Shown here piece by piece: positions 30,087 to 40,139 of a stretch of DNA of 64,000 nucleotides. How positions within the stretch are numbered: position 1 is the stretch's first letter; each line of letters starts with the position of its first letter. A program made the translations under genes and the position numbers. The notes below the pieces were generated by a model. That model was not told where the DNA came from, did not search any database, and was given only the letters and a program-made list of their open reading frames with translations. The DNA comes from Cyanobacteria bacterium auto_48_18 (lineage in GTDB: Bacteria > Cyanobacteriota > Vampirovibrionia > Obscuribacterales > Obscuribacteraceae). Where the stretch lies: contig JAVHQC010000006.1 in the NCBI GenBank assembly GCA_036170915.1, positions 192,001-256,000 on the forward strand. The letters are read 5' to 3'.

Positions 30087-31714
30087 GCCTGCACGAATAT
30101 TACAGCTTGCTGCCACTGATCATCCTTACCGGTATATCGCTGGGTGTGCGATCAATGGCCCCCTTTGCCTGGGGCAAGGGATTGATTTCTCAATGCTTGC
30201 TCGTACTTATGGCTGTGGCCTATGGCATTTTGCTGCACAATATTTATGTCGCTCAAATTGCCGGCTGGTTTCTTTTTCTACTTTTTCATGTGCCAGCCTG
30301 GTATGTCTTCGGTCAAGTGAAGCGTTCCATGAGTCGTATGGATACGGACGAAATGACGAGGTGGAGCAGGCTTCTACCCTATGTATTTTGGGGAGTGCCT
30401 GGTCAGTTTTGGAAGGATATGGTCAATGCCTATATTGCCTTTTCAGGTGAGGATGCCACCGCCGGCGAAGCGCTGGTAGACAAATGGCAAAATTATAAAG
30501 ATCTACCTGCTGGGCTTCGAGATGTGCCTATTCAATACAGGTTAATGGGCAATTCAATTTGCTGGCACTGGCAAAGTGTTGTAGACGACTTTGAGGGTTT
30601 GCGTTTTGGGGCCCGCAAGGCCTCGCCCCTGCTCTATTTTTCTGCATCGCGCGCTTACATTGAACTCGGCCTCTTTCAAAAGGCTGCAGAATGCTTGCGG
30701 CAGTCACGCTTTGATGAATCAATTACGCCACTTGATTTTTTAGCCAATGCTCTTTTGCCATTCTTTGCTTTGTGTGGCTCGCGCACTCACGTCAACCAGT
30801 TGTTGGCAATCACTGCGGAGACCAAAGCAGCCCTGCCGGAGGCATTGTCGCTTTACTGGACCGGACGCTGCTTGCAGAAAGAAGGCGAAATCGCTCAGGC
30901 TCAGGCGGCCTTTGAGCAAGCACTGAATAAAACAGAAGTACCAATTTTGCGCAAGCGCTTGAACTTTGCTCTGTCAGGCCAGCCCAGTCAGGCTATGGCT
31001 TTCAGCCCTGAAGAATGCCGTGCTGAAGTAAAAGACATCTGGGCGCATTTTCAGCGCGGGGCTTTCATTCAAGAAATTCTTGCACCACGTCGCAGTTCAC
31101 CGGTAGTCAACGCTATCTTGTTTGCCAACATCGCTGTCTTTTTGCTTTCCAATCCTCAGAACTATTTGCAGCTGTCCAGCAGTTTTGGTCAGTTTATATT
31201 TGAAAACGGCCTGTTGTCCGACGCGGTAATTAAACAAGGACAGTTTTGGCGGCTGCTCACCTATATGTTTTTGCACAGTTCGATTATTCACCTGGGTGTT
31301 AACATGCTCGGTCTTCATGCATTTGGCCGCATCACAGAAAATATTTTTGGTACCAACAGATTTCTAGCCATTTATTTTGTTGGTGGTATTTTGTCAGGAT
31401 TGGCTCACTTATTTCTAAGCCCCGGCATTCCAGCTGTAGGCGCATCAGGAGCGATTCTTGCCATATTTGGTGCTGTAGCTGTTGGCATTTATAAACTGAA
31501 AGCCATATTGCCTGGCTCTTTGCGTGAGCGCTATTTGATTTTCATGGCGGTGATTGCACTTTCGCAACTAGTAATGGATCGCTTTCTTCCACACATTGCA
31601 GTTTTCGCTCATCTTGGCGGACTGATTGGTGGTATCGCATTAGGTGTGATAACGTCTATTCGCACACCATCTAAAGAAGCCATTGACGGAACGCAGAAAT
31701 TTATTGGCGGCTAA
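30083..31714 (+). CDS. Rhomboid intramembrane serine protease with long TM/TPR N-terminal extension
   Basis: WRLLTYMFLH..HL..N, VGASGA (catalytic Ser), AHLGG (catalytic His); TPR-like YWTGRCLQKEGEIAQAQAAFEQAL. Confidence 0.85.
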   Translation: MSLHEYYSLLPLIILTGISLGVRSMAPFAWGKGLISQCLLVLMAVAYGILLHNIYVAQIAGWFLFLLFHVPAWYVFGQVKRSMSRMDTDEMTRWSRLLPYVFWGVPGQFWKDMVNAYIAFSGEDATAGEALVDKWQNYKDLPAGLRDVPIQYRLMGNSICWHWQSVVDDFEGLRFGARKASPLLYFSASRAYIELGLFQKAAECLRQSRFDESITPLDFLANALLPFFALCGSRTHVNQLLAITAETKAALPEALSLYWTGRCLQKEGEIAQAQAAFEQALNKTEVPILRKRLNFALSGQPSQAMAFSPEECRAEVKDIWAHFQRGAFIQEILAPRRSSPVVNAILFANIAVFLLSNPQNYLQLSSSFGQFIFENGLLSDAVIKQGQFWRLLTYMFLHSSIIHLGVNMLGLHAFGRITENIFGTNRFLAIYFVGGILSGLAHLFLSPGIPAVGASGAILAIFGAVAVGIYKLKAILPGSLRERYLIFMAVIALSQLVMDRFLPHIAVFAHLGGLIGGIALGVITSIRTPSKEAIDGTQKFIGG

Positions 31715-32983
31715 TCAGTCGTTTTCACTCGCTTGCCCATCGCTTAACCACTGCCAGGCGCCCAGGCCTGCTCGCTTGCCTGTGGCAAAGCAACCGGTGA
31801 GCAAATAGCCGCCGGTAGGTGCTTCCCAATCGATCATTTCTCCGGCGACGAAAACACCAGGCAAATTTTTGATCATCAAGTTGTCGTCGAGTGCGTTGAA
31901 GCACACACCACCAGCGGTGCTGATCGCTTCTGCCAAAGGTCGCGTTGAGCGCACGGTTACTGGTAGAGCTTTGATAAATTTAGCTAGAGTTGGTGCATCG
32001 GCCATTTGCTCGCTGGTTAATGTCTCGTATAGCAAAGCCCGTTTCAGGCTATCGTCACCAAGGCAACCTTGCAAATGCCTTGATAGTGAGCGCGTTCCGC
32101 GAGGGCGTGAAACTTCTTTTAAGACTCTGTCGGCGCTGCGACCCGGCAGTAAGTCTAGAGTAAATGTGGCTTCTCCATGGACGTTGATATATTCACGTAG
32201 ACGTTTTGAGAATGCGTAAATCAGACTGCCTTCGACGCCATACTCTTTTATCAGCAGCTCTCCTTGCCGGCTCTCGCTAGCACCGTCCAGGTCGGTAAAT
32301 GTAAGTGCTATCGACTTCAGTGGAGCGGCTGCAAATTTCTCTTGCATATGCTTGCTCCATTTAACGTCAAAGCCACAATTTGCACTTTGCCATGGTGCCG
32401 TTTCTACACCATGCTCTTGCATCCATGAGAGCCAGCTGCCGGTGGAGCCGAGCTGCGGCCAACTGGCTCCGCCCAAAGCCAAAATGGTGGCACCGGGAGT
32501 TAAAGAAAATTCGTTTTCGTTGCATTTAAAGCGCAGCGAGTCGCCATCGAAACCAAGCCACTGGTGATTAAAATGGAAGCGCACGCCAGAGTTGCGAAGG
32601 CGATGAACCCAGGCTCTTAAAAGCGGAGCCGCCTTCATCTCTTTAGGAAATACTCGCCCCGAAGTACCAACGAATGTTTCGATGCCAAGATCATGCACCC
32701 AGTGACGCAGCGCCTCCGGTGGAAAATCATTTAAAAGTGTTTGCATCTGATTTTGTTTGTCGCCGTAGCGGGTGCAAAACTCCTGGTAGAGCTCACTGTG
32801 AGTAATATTCAAGCCGCCGAGCCCGGCGCGTAAAAATTTGCGCCCGAGGGTTGGCATCGATTCATATACATCAACACTGGCGCCTGCCTGCACAAGCACT
32901 TCAGCTGCCATAAGACCGGCGGGGCCACCACCGATGACGGCTACCGGCGTTTTGGCATGGCTTTTTAAAGGTGCGCTGAGCAT
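31715..32983 (-). CDS. HI0933/BaiN-like flavoprotein (TIGR03862-type)
   Basis: IGGGPAGLMAA, GRKFLRAG.GGLNITH, SGRVFP, AISTAGGV, DWEAPTGGYLL. Confidence 0.88.
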   Translation of the reverse strand: MLSAPLKSHAKTPVAVIGGGPAGLMAAEVLVQAGASVDVYESMPTLGRKFLRAGLGGLNITHSELYQEFCTRYGDKQNQMQTLLNDFPPEALRHWVHDLGIETFVGTSGRVFPKEMKAAPLLRAWVHRLRNSGVRFHFNHQWLGFDGDSLRFKCNENEFSLTPGATILALGGASWPQLGSTGSWLSWMQEHGVETAPWQSANCGFDVKWSKHMQEKFAAAPLKSIALTFTDLDGASESRQGELLIKEYGVEGSLIYAFSKRLREYINVHGEATFTLDLLPGRSADRVLKEVSRPRGTRSLSRHLQGCLGDDSLKRALLYETLTSEQMADAPTLAKFIKALPVTVRSTRPLAEAISTAGGVCFNALDDNLMIKNLPGVFVAGEMIDWEAPTGGYLLTGCFATGKRAGLGAWQWLSDGQASEND

Positions 32984-33151
32984 GAGGTCATTTTAACCGC
33001 TGAGAGGCTAAGAACAGCTAGCAAATAGAGTTTCCCACACTTGCTGCGCAAGCATTTTGGCGATTATGACTTGCTGGTTGCCAAGCTGCTAGGGTTAAGC
33101 AAGGTAGGTTCTCGGACCTGCGATCGTAGGAAGTGTTAGTCAATTGTTGAA

Positions 33152-34462
33152 ATGCTACTAGCCTGTTTTATAGCAATTGGCATGATTGTCATCAATGCCA
33201 TTTACGTGGCTGCAGAGTTTGCCACGGTCGCCGCCCGGCATGCGCAGATTCGGAAAATGGCTTTGGCAGGCAATTCACTAGCTTCGTTACTTCTTCCTAT
33301 TTTGGAAGAGCCGCGCAAGCTAGATGAGTACATCGCCACATGCCAGATTGGAATCACAGTTTCAAGCCTTGTGCTGGGCGCATATAGTGAAATCAGTTTT
33401 GGACCCTCATTCGCTGCCGTATTAATTGAGCACTTTAGCTTGTCGCCAATACTGGCTGAGTCGGCGGCGGCAATTGGAATTCTTTTACTCTTTACCTTGC
33501 TGCAAATTTTGTTTGGTGAGCTGCTTCCTAAGTCGGTCTCCTTGCAGCATTCCAATCGTGTGGCCGTGCTTATGTACTGGCCGCTTCGCCTGTCTTCCAT
33601 AGTCTTTCGTCCCTTTATTTGGCTGCTCAATGGCAGTGGCAACTTTTTTATGAGCATGCTGGGAATCTCGGTTTCTTCTCACAAACACGTACATTCTCTT
33701 GAAGAAATTGAGTTGCTATTGGCAGAAAGTAAAGATGGTGGTTTGTTAGAGCCGCTTGAGCACGAGCGCCTGCAGCAGGCCCTTGATCTTGGCGAAAGAA
33801 CAGCCAGGCAACTCATGGTTCCACGAGCTAATGTCCTTGCGGTTTCGAATACGAATTCTCTTGAACATTGCTATCGAATTGCTTTAGAGAGTCCATATAC
33901 CCGACTGCTGGTCTATGGAGATTCTATTGACGATGTGCTTGGATTCGTTAGTGTCAGGCACGTAATTCAGGCAAGATTCTCGGAGAGCGACCTCACTAGC
34001 ATCGACTCTTTGATAAAGACCGTGCCCATAATTCCCGAGAATTTACGCCTCGGTCGATTGATTGCTTTGCTTAGATCGCAGCATTCGCATGTGGCCGTTG
34101 TTATGGACGAGCATGGTGCCACACTAGGTATTGTCACCGCCGGCGATATCCTTGCCGAGTTAATTGAAAATGTAGATAGTGACGAATTCAAAAACACTGC
34201 AGTTATCGAGGCTTTAGAAGATGGTCGCATTCGCCTTCCTGGCTTCTATAAGTTGCATAGAGCCGCTAAATTTTTAGGCACAGTGCCTGAAACTGAGGCA
34301 GAAACTATCAATGGCTTAATCATGGAGATTTTAGAGCGAGTGCCAGTTGTGGGTGATTTGATTGAATTACCTTCAGTGGTGATTGAAGTTGCGGAAGTTG
34401 AGCATCATGCCGCTATCTTAGTGATTGTGAGCAAGAAAGAGGAGGCCAAGCAAGATGTTTGA
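33152..34462 (+). CDS. CNNM/CBS/CorC (hemolysin-family) transporter-associated protein 1
   Basis: NAIYVAAEFA, QIGIT, GELLPKS, MVPR, DEHG and a CorC tail. Confidence 0.9.
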   Translation: MLLACFIAIGMIVINAIYVAAEFATVAARHAQIRKMALAGNSLASLLLPILEEPRKLDEYIATCQIGITVSSLVLGAYSEISFGPSFAAVLIEHFSLSPILAESAAAIGILLLFTLLQILFGELLPKSVSLQHSNRVAVLMYWPLRLSSIVFRPFIWLLNGSGNFFMSMLGISVSSHKHVHSLEEIELLLAESKDGGLLEPLEHERLQQALDLGERTARQLMVPRANVLAVSNTNSLEHCYRIALESPYTRLLVYGDSIDDVLGFVSVRHVIQARFSESDLTSIDSLIKTVPIIPENLRLGRLIALLRSQHSHVAVVMDEHGATLGIVTAGDILAELIENVDSDEFKNTAVIEALEDGRIRLPGFYKLHRAAKFLGTVPETEAETINGLIMEILERVPVVGDLIELPSVVIEVAEVEHHAAILVIVSKKEEAKQDV

Positions 34463-35744
34463 GCTGAGCCTAATTCTTCTTTTGATCTTACTAAATGGTC
34501 TTTTTGTCGCTTCTGAGTTTGCCACTGTGGTGGCACCAAAGTTATCGATTGAAAAGCTGGCTCTTGAAGGAAATAGAACAGCAAAGCAGATTTATTCTGT
34601 TATCAAAGAACCGTTGCTGCAAGACCGGTATATAGCTGCATCACAAGTCGGCATTACAGCCGCTAGTTTGGCCCTGGGTATGTACGGTGAGCAGGTTATA
34701 GCTACTTGGATTATTCACTATCTTCACCTGGTAGCCCCCCTTGAGATAACAACCACTCACGCTATTGCCAGTACTTTGTCTTTGGCGTTGCTTACCTATC
34801 TTCATATCGTCTTTGGCGAAATGATACCCAAGTCGTTAGCGCTGCAGAAGTCTGAGGCGGTAATGTTTTTCTTGATTGGACCGATGCTCTTCTTCATGAA
34901 AGTCTTCAGGCCAATTATTTTGATTCTCAATGAAACTAACAATTTTCTTCTGAGAAATCTCATGGGTATAGATCGCTCTAAGTCTACGTTTCCGGCTTTC
35001 TCTTCTGATGAAATTCAGCTGATTTTAAAAGAAAGCGAATCAGAGGGAATAATCAGCGATGAAATCGGAACTGTAATTGAGCAGCTCTTTGATTTCGGCG
35101 AGCTCATTGCCGAAGACATAATGGTGCCTCGGGTTCACATTCTAGCGGTGCCGATCAGGCCAACGAAGTCCCAAGTACTGGAGATTGTGCGTCAAGCCAA
35201 TCACTCTCGATATCCGGTACACACAGGTGATAAAGATAGTATTGTCGGCACGGTACATGTGAAGGATCTCGCAGCTTTTTTGGAAGCTACAGACGACAGA
35301 ACTTTGATTATCAGGCCTGTACCCTTTGTGCCGCAGTCTTCCACATTGCAGTCGGTTCTTGAATCTATGCGGCAGTTTCGTACTCATCTGGCAATTGTGT
35401 TGGACGAACATGGTGGCACAGCTGGTCTCATTTCAATTCAAGATATTTTTGGTGAGCTTATTGGTGAAATCGATGAATCAGTTACTCCACCACCGATTGA
35501 AACTCTAGACAGTAACAGTGTGCGAGTCTTGGGGACCGTCAGGCTCGACCAACTTGCTGATTATCTCGGTCTTTCTATTGAAGAGGAAGGCATCGATACC
35601 ATTAGTGGATTGGTTCTTGACCAGCTTGGAAGGCCGCCGCGAGTTGGTGACAAATTCAACTTTAAGAACCTGTCGATTGAAGTGATTAAGGTGAAAGGGC
35701 GGGGCGCACAGTCATGCATAGTTACTGTGCTGCCAAACTTGTGA
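34455..35744 (+). CDS. CNNM/CBS/CorC (hemolysin-family) transporter-associated protein 2
   Basis: NGLFVASEFA, QVGIT, GEMIPKS, MVPR, HSRYPV, DEHGGTAG; overlaps copy 1 by 8 nt. Confidence 0.9.
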   Translation: MFELSLILLLILLNGLFVASEFATVVAPKLSIEKLALEGNRTAKQIYSVIKEPLLQDRYIAASQVGITAASLALGMYGEQVIATWIIHYLHLVAPLEITTTHAIASTLSLALLTYLHIVFGEMIPKSLALQKSEAVMFFLIGPMLFFMKVFRPIILILNETNNFLLRNLMGIDRSKSTFPAFSSDEIQLILKESESEGIISDEIGTVIEQLFDFGELIAEDIMVPRVHILAVPIRPTKSQVLEIVRQANHSRYPVHTGDKDSIVGTVHVKDLAAFLEATDDRTLIIRPVPFVPQSSTLQSVLESMRQFRTHLAIVLDEHGGTAGLISIQDIFGELIGEIDESVTPPPIETLDSNSVRVLGTVRLDQLADYLGLSIEEEGIDTISGLVLDQLGRPPRVGDKFNFKNLSIEVIKVKGRGAQSCIVTVLPNL

Positions 35745-35819
35745 ATGCAAATTACTGCCACACGAGTTGATTTGAATTTCTTTTCTGTGACGGCTTTTTT
35801 GAGGACAAGTGGGCAAAAA

Positions 35820-36413
35820 TCAGGCAATTCCACCCTGCTCTAAGCCTATAATTCTGTAGCACTCGCCATCAAAGCTAACGTCTATTCGGCGAAGAGGACG
35901 GTGCGCTGGTCCGCTCAATACGCGCCCGTCAGTGGGGTCGAAGGTACTTAAATCGCAAGCGCAAGGGCAGCACAACACCGGAGTCTTAGATTGTTCTATG
36001 TAAGGAAGCTCGGCCGTATTGCTCAGGAAATTAACGGGCTGAGTGTGTCTGCAGTGGGTACAAATGCGACTGAAGGCGACAACCTTATTCGCGGCAGTAC
36101 TTATGATGAAAGCAGGTATTTTGCGGGTTTCATATTCTTCAGGATTGAAGACTAAATACCTGACCGGGAGCAAAAAGGGAATGCATGTCCAAATATCCGG
36201 AAAATCATTTTTACGGAATTGAACAGACTGCTCTGCTTTCGGTAGATCGGCACTCTGAAAGAAACTGCCTGCTTCCATTGTTGGTTTCAGGTACCGTAAT
36301 AGCGGCGATGCAACAAAGCCAAAGGTAGCTACAAGCGGCGCACCTGCTACGAATTTTAGAATTGTACGGCGATTCAACAAAGGCTCAGCAGCGGGACAGT
36401 CGTTATCATCCAT
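35820..36413 (-). CDS. Rieske-like protein with Tat anchor and non-canonical ligand boxes
   Basis: NRRTILKF plus hydrophobic helix; AFSRICTH; STFD..DGRVLSGPAHRPL. Confidence 0.7.
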   Translation of the reverse strand: MDDNDCPAAEPLLNRRTILKFVAGAPLVATFGFVASPLLRYLKPTMEAGSFFQSADLPKAEQSVQFRKNDFPDIWTCIPFLLPVRYLVFNPEEYETRKIPAFIISTAANKVVAFSRICTHCRHTQPVNFLSNTAELPYIEQSKTPVLCCPCACDLSTFDPTDGRVLSGPAHRPLRRIDVSFDGECYRIIGLEQGGIA

Positions 36414-36802
36414 GCTATCCACCCAACTTGTCGAAAGAAGTGTACGAAACTATTATAGGTGACAAAAAGGGTTGCAAAGCGACTTGATTGCGACATGTAT
36501 TCCTGCCCCGCAAGAAAGCTAGTCTCAAAGGCTTGTTCTGAAAAGACGTGAAGTCAGTACTGACGCGTGCGTATGTCACCGCCAGTGGTGCAACCTCTCC
36601 GAAACAACTTTTTTGTTTCTGAGCAACTATTTCGAAATTCTGGTTCGTGCAGCAAATCGCAGATTGTGTGGTCTCATTTTCTCGATTAATAGCGATTGTT
36701 AACGTCGAATGTTACTGTTGAATCCATAAGCACCCTGGTCAGATCCAAATCAGCGATAATTGCACCTCCTGTATTTGGTATCAGGCAACCGGGGTTCAAG
36801 TT

Positions 36803-38080
36803 ATGGCGCGAGTAGTGCTCGGAATGATAGGACTGGGAACAGTCGGTAGTGGCGTTGTGCAACTCCTCGCTCAACACAAGCATCTGCAATTAAAAAAAAT
36901 TGCTGTTCGTGACCTTGAAAAAGAACGCTCTGCCGAGGCGAAGTGCACAATTACCACCGACGTCTCAGAAATAATCGACGATCCTGAAATCGAAGTGTTG
37001 GTGGAAGTTATGGGCGGCGAAGAGCCTGCTCTATCGTACATTAGAAGGGCATTAGAAAAACGCAAGCATGTAGTCACTGCCAATAAGGAAGTGCTGGCAA
37101 AGCATGGCCCTAGCCTTTTTCAGCTGGCTCGCGAGAAAGGTGTAACGATTTTCTTCGAAGCCTCTGTGGCCGGCGGCATTCCGCTTATATCGACCATTCA
37201 GAGAGGTCTTGGCGCCAATCAGCTTGCTGCTGTCACCGGAATTCTCAACGGCACAACCAACTTTATTTTATCTAACATGGAAGAGAAAGGCCTTAGCTAC
37301 GACCATGTATTGGCCGAAGCTCAGCGCCTTGGTTTTGCCGAAGCTGATCCCTCAGCTGATGTAGATGGGCATGATGTAGCTTATAAGTTATCAATTTTGG
37401 CCGCGCTATCTTTTCAGCGTTTCGTCAAGCCGGCAGATATATACCGTGAAGGCATCCGCAATATAACTCCAGATGATTTGGCTCTGGCTAAAGAATTTGG
37501 CTATCGCATCAAATTAGTAGGCACCGCACGCAATACCAGCCCTAACGATAAGAATGGCCCCCTTGCCGTTCGAGTTCATCCTACCCTGGTGCCGCTCAGC
37601 CATCCACTGGCGTCGGTTTCGGGCTCCAGTAATTGCATTCTTGTGAATGGTAATGCTGTCGGAGAGATCATCATGGTTGGCCCTGGTGCAGGCAGCCTGC
37701 CCACCGCCTCTGCTGTAGTAGGCGACATTATCAACTTAGAAAGTGCTCTTAAACTGCCTGATTTTGCCAGCTATTTCCAGCCCAGTATCACCAGCGAATG
37801 GGCCACTATAGCATCGCCAGACGACTGGGTCAGTCCTTATTTCTTGCGCATCTCGGTAGCTGACACGCCCGGGGTGATAGGCACCATAGGCACAATTTTC
37901 GGTAACCATAAAATCAGCATACAGAGCATTATTCAGCGTGGCGTGGCTGATGGAAGGGCCACCATCGTTATTCTCACTCATGACGTGGCCAGTGGCCAAA
38001 TGGCTTCGGCTTTAGCAGAACTGAAGCAGTGTCCATTCTTAGATTCTGTATCTAGTGCTATTCGCATTTATAAAGGTTAA
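36803..38080 (+). CDS. hom: Homoserine dehydrogenase with C-terminal ACT domain
   Basis: [41 protein letters not shown]. Confidence 0.95.
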   Translation: MARVVLGMIGLGTVGSGVVQLLAQHKHLQLKKIAVRDLEKERSAEAKCTITTDVSEIIDDPEIEVLVEVMGGEEPALSYIRRALEKRKHVVTANKEVLAKHGPSLFQLAREKGVTIFFEASVAGGIPLISTIQRGLGANQLAAVTGILNGTTNFILSNMEEKGLSYDHVLAEAQRLGFAEADPSADVDGHDVAYKLSILAALSFQRFVKPADIYREGIRNITPDDLALAKEFGYRIKLVGTARNTSPNDKNGPLAVRVHPTLVPLSHPLASVSGSSNCILVNGNAVGEIIMVGPGAGSLPTASAVVGDIINLESALKLPDFASYFQPSITSEWATIASPDDWVSPYFLRISVADTPGVIGTIGTIFGNHKISIQSIIQRGVADGRATIVILTHDVASGQMASALAELKQCPFLDSVSSAIRIYKG

Positions 38081-38093
38081 AGCAGGAAGGTCG

Positions 38094-39167
38094 ATGCAGA
38101 CTACATACAAAAAAAGCGGTTTGATAGAAAAATATCGTCAATATCTGCCGGTTTCTGCAAGCACCCCTGTAGTAACCCTTGGTGAAGGCAATACGCCGCT
38201 CGTACAGTCGTTCAACATTCCTAAACTGCTCGGCTATCCCAATCTTGAACTGTTTTTCAAACTAGAAGGGCTTAACCCCACGGGTAGCTTTAAAGACAGA
38301 GGAATGACTCTGGCTATTTCTAAAGCTGTAGAAGAGGGTGCTAAGGCTGTCATCTGTGCCTCCACTGGTAATACCAGTGCATCAGCGGCAGCTTTTGCTA
38401 CTAAAGCCGGGCTGAAATGTTACGTGCTTCTTCCCCATGGATACGTGGCTCTAGGCAAGTTGGCTCAGGCGATTCACTATGGTGCCCAAATAATTCCAAT
38501 CAAAGGCAATTTCGACAGAGCACTAGAACTGGTGCGCGAATTAGCCGAACAAACTCCAGTCACTGTGGTCAATTCAATTAATCCTTATCGACTGGAAGGA
38601 CAGAAGACCGCTGCCTTTGAGGTTGTCGAACATCTTGGTCGGCAACCAGACTATCTTTGCATACCTGTCGGTAACGCTGGAAATATTTGCGCTTACTGGC
38701 GGGGTTTTAAGCTATATCATGAGCTCGGCATCACCACTGGTGCTCCTCGTATGCATGGCTTTGAAGCTGAAGGGTCGGCAGCTATAGTGCGCGGAGAACC
38801 AATTAAGAATCCGGAGACTATCGGCACAGCTATTCGCATCGGTAATCCAGCCAGCTGGCAAGAAGCGGTGCGAGCCCAACAAGAATCTAAGGGAATAATT
38901 GATTCAGTTACTGATGACGAAATTTTGGCCGCTTATAAAATGCTAGGTAGTGCCGAAGGAATCTTTTGCGAACCTTCAAGCGCCGCCTCGCTAGCTGGTT
39001 TGATCAAACATCTAACTGACGGAACCATTCCTCAAAACTCTCTTGTCACCTGTGTGCTTACCGGCAATGGTCTCAAAGATCCAGACACGGCACAGAAAGT
39101 AACAACAGTAGATTTGACACCCGTGGAAGCTGATCTTGCATCACTAAAAAAAGTTATGGCACTTTGA
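38094..39167 (+). CDS. thrC: Threonine synthase
   Basis: [41 protein letters not shown] 38094 follows AGGAAGG. Confidence 0.95.
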   Translation: MQTTYKKSGLIEKYRQYLPVSASTPVVTLGEGNTPLVQSFNIPKLLGYPNLELFFKLEGLNPTGSFKDRGMTLAISKAVEEGAKAVICASTGNTSASAAAFATKAGLKCYVLLPHGYVALGKLAQAIHYGAQIIPIKGNFDRALELVRELAEQTPVTVVNSINPYRLEGQKTAAFEVVEHLGRQPDYLCIPVGNAGNICAYWRGFKLYHELGITTGAPRMHGFEAEGSAAIVRGEPIKNPETIGTAIRIGNPASWQEAVRAQQESKGIIDSVTDDEILAAYKMLGSAEGIFCEPSSAASLAGLIKHLTDGTIPQNSLVTCVLTGNGLKDPDTAQKVTTVDLTPVEADLASLKKVMAL

Positions 39168-39182
39168 GGTAGCCAAGCCAGA

Positions 39183-40139
39183 ATGAATAGCATTCGCAAA
39201 CTAACTATGCGTTTACCGGGTAGCACCACTAATTTGGGGCCTGGCTTCGATACTCTGGGTTTAGCTTTAGGTGTCTATACTACGGTCACTTTCGAAATTG
39301 TCTCTGAGAATGCCAAACAAGCACTGATTTCTCTACAGGGGCCTGTGGCTCAAGGTCTCAGTGCCACTAAAGAGAATCTGATTTACAAAGTCTTCCGCGA
39401 TAATTTCGCAGGCGGTAGCAGCGATACGACTGCCGGTGCAAACATAATTGAGCGCATGCGCATCACTATTGAAACGGACATTCCTCTAGCTCGCGGCCTG
39501 GGAAGCAGTAGTACGGCCATTTTAGCGGCCTTGTGGGCAGCCCAGACATTCAGCAGCTCCGCTCCGCCGGATAGGGATCAGATTTTGGCCGATGCAGCCA
39601 GATTGGAAGGGCACCCTGATAATGTCGCCGCTTGTTTAATGGGTGGATTTATTATTTCTGGTTACACGCAAAAGGGTCAGCGCGCCTTGACCTCACGACT
39701 CGACTGGCCCGACAAATGGCACACTCTAGTAGTGGTACCTCCGTATGAATTATCAACGGCCGAAGCCAGGAGGGTGCTTCCTCGCCGTGTGGAAATGGTG
39801 CAAGCGGTCAATAACATTCAACGTACAGGCCTCCTTATTGCCGCGGTGGTAAAAGGCGACGACGATATTCTCAAAGAGGCGCTCAGTGATCAGTTGCATG
39901 AGCCCTATCGCATACATTTGGTGCCGGAGTTGGCGGACTTGCGCCGCGATCTGCTTACTATGCCGGTTTTAGGCTGCGTATTGAGTGGTGCCGGCTCGTC
40001 GACTCTAATTTTGGTGCACGAAAAACACAAAACTGAAGTCAAAACCTATTTAGATGACTGGGCCCAAAAACGTCAGCAGAAGCCGAGAATATTAGATTTA
40101 ACCGTAGATAAAAAAGGTCTGGTGGCCAGTTATGAATAA
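39183..40139 (+). CDS. thrB: Homoserine kinase
   Basis: NLGPGFD, IPLARGLGSSS, EGHPDN, SGAGS. Confidence 0.95.
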   Translation: MNSIRKLTMRLPGSTTNLGPGFDTLGLALGVYTTVTFEIVSENAKQALISLQGPVAQGLSATKENLIYKVFRDNFAGGSSDTTAGANIIERMRITIETDIPLARGLGSSSTAILAALWAAQTFSSSAPPDRDQILADAARLEGHPDNVAACLMGGFIISGYTQKGQRALTSRLDWPDKWHTLVVVPPYELSTAEARRVLPRRVEMVQAVNNIQRTGLLIAAVVKGDDDILKEALSDQLHEPYRIHLVPELADLRRDLLTMPVLGCVLSGAGSSTLILVHEKHKTEVKTYLDDWAQKRQQKPRILDLTVDKKGLVASYE

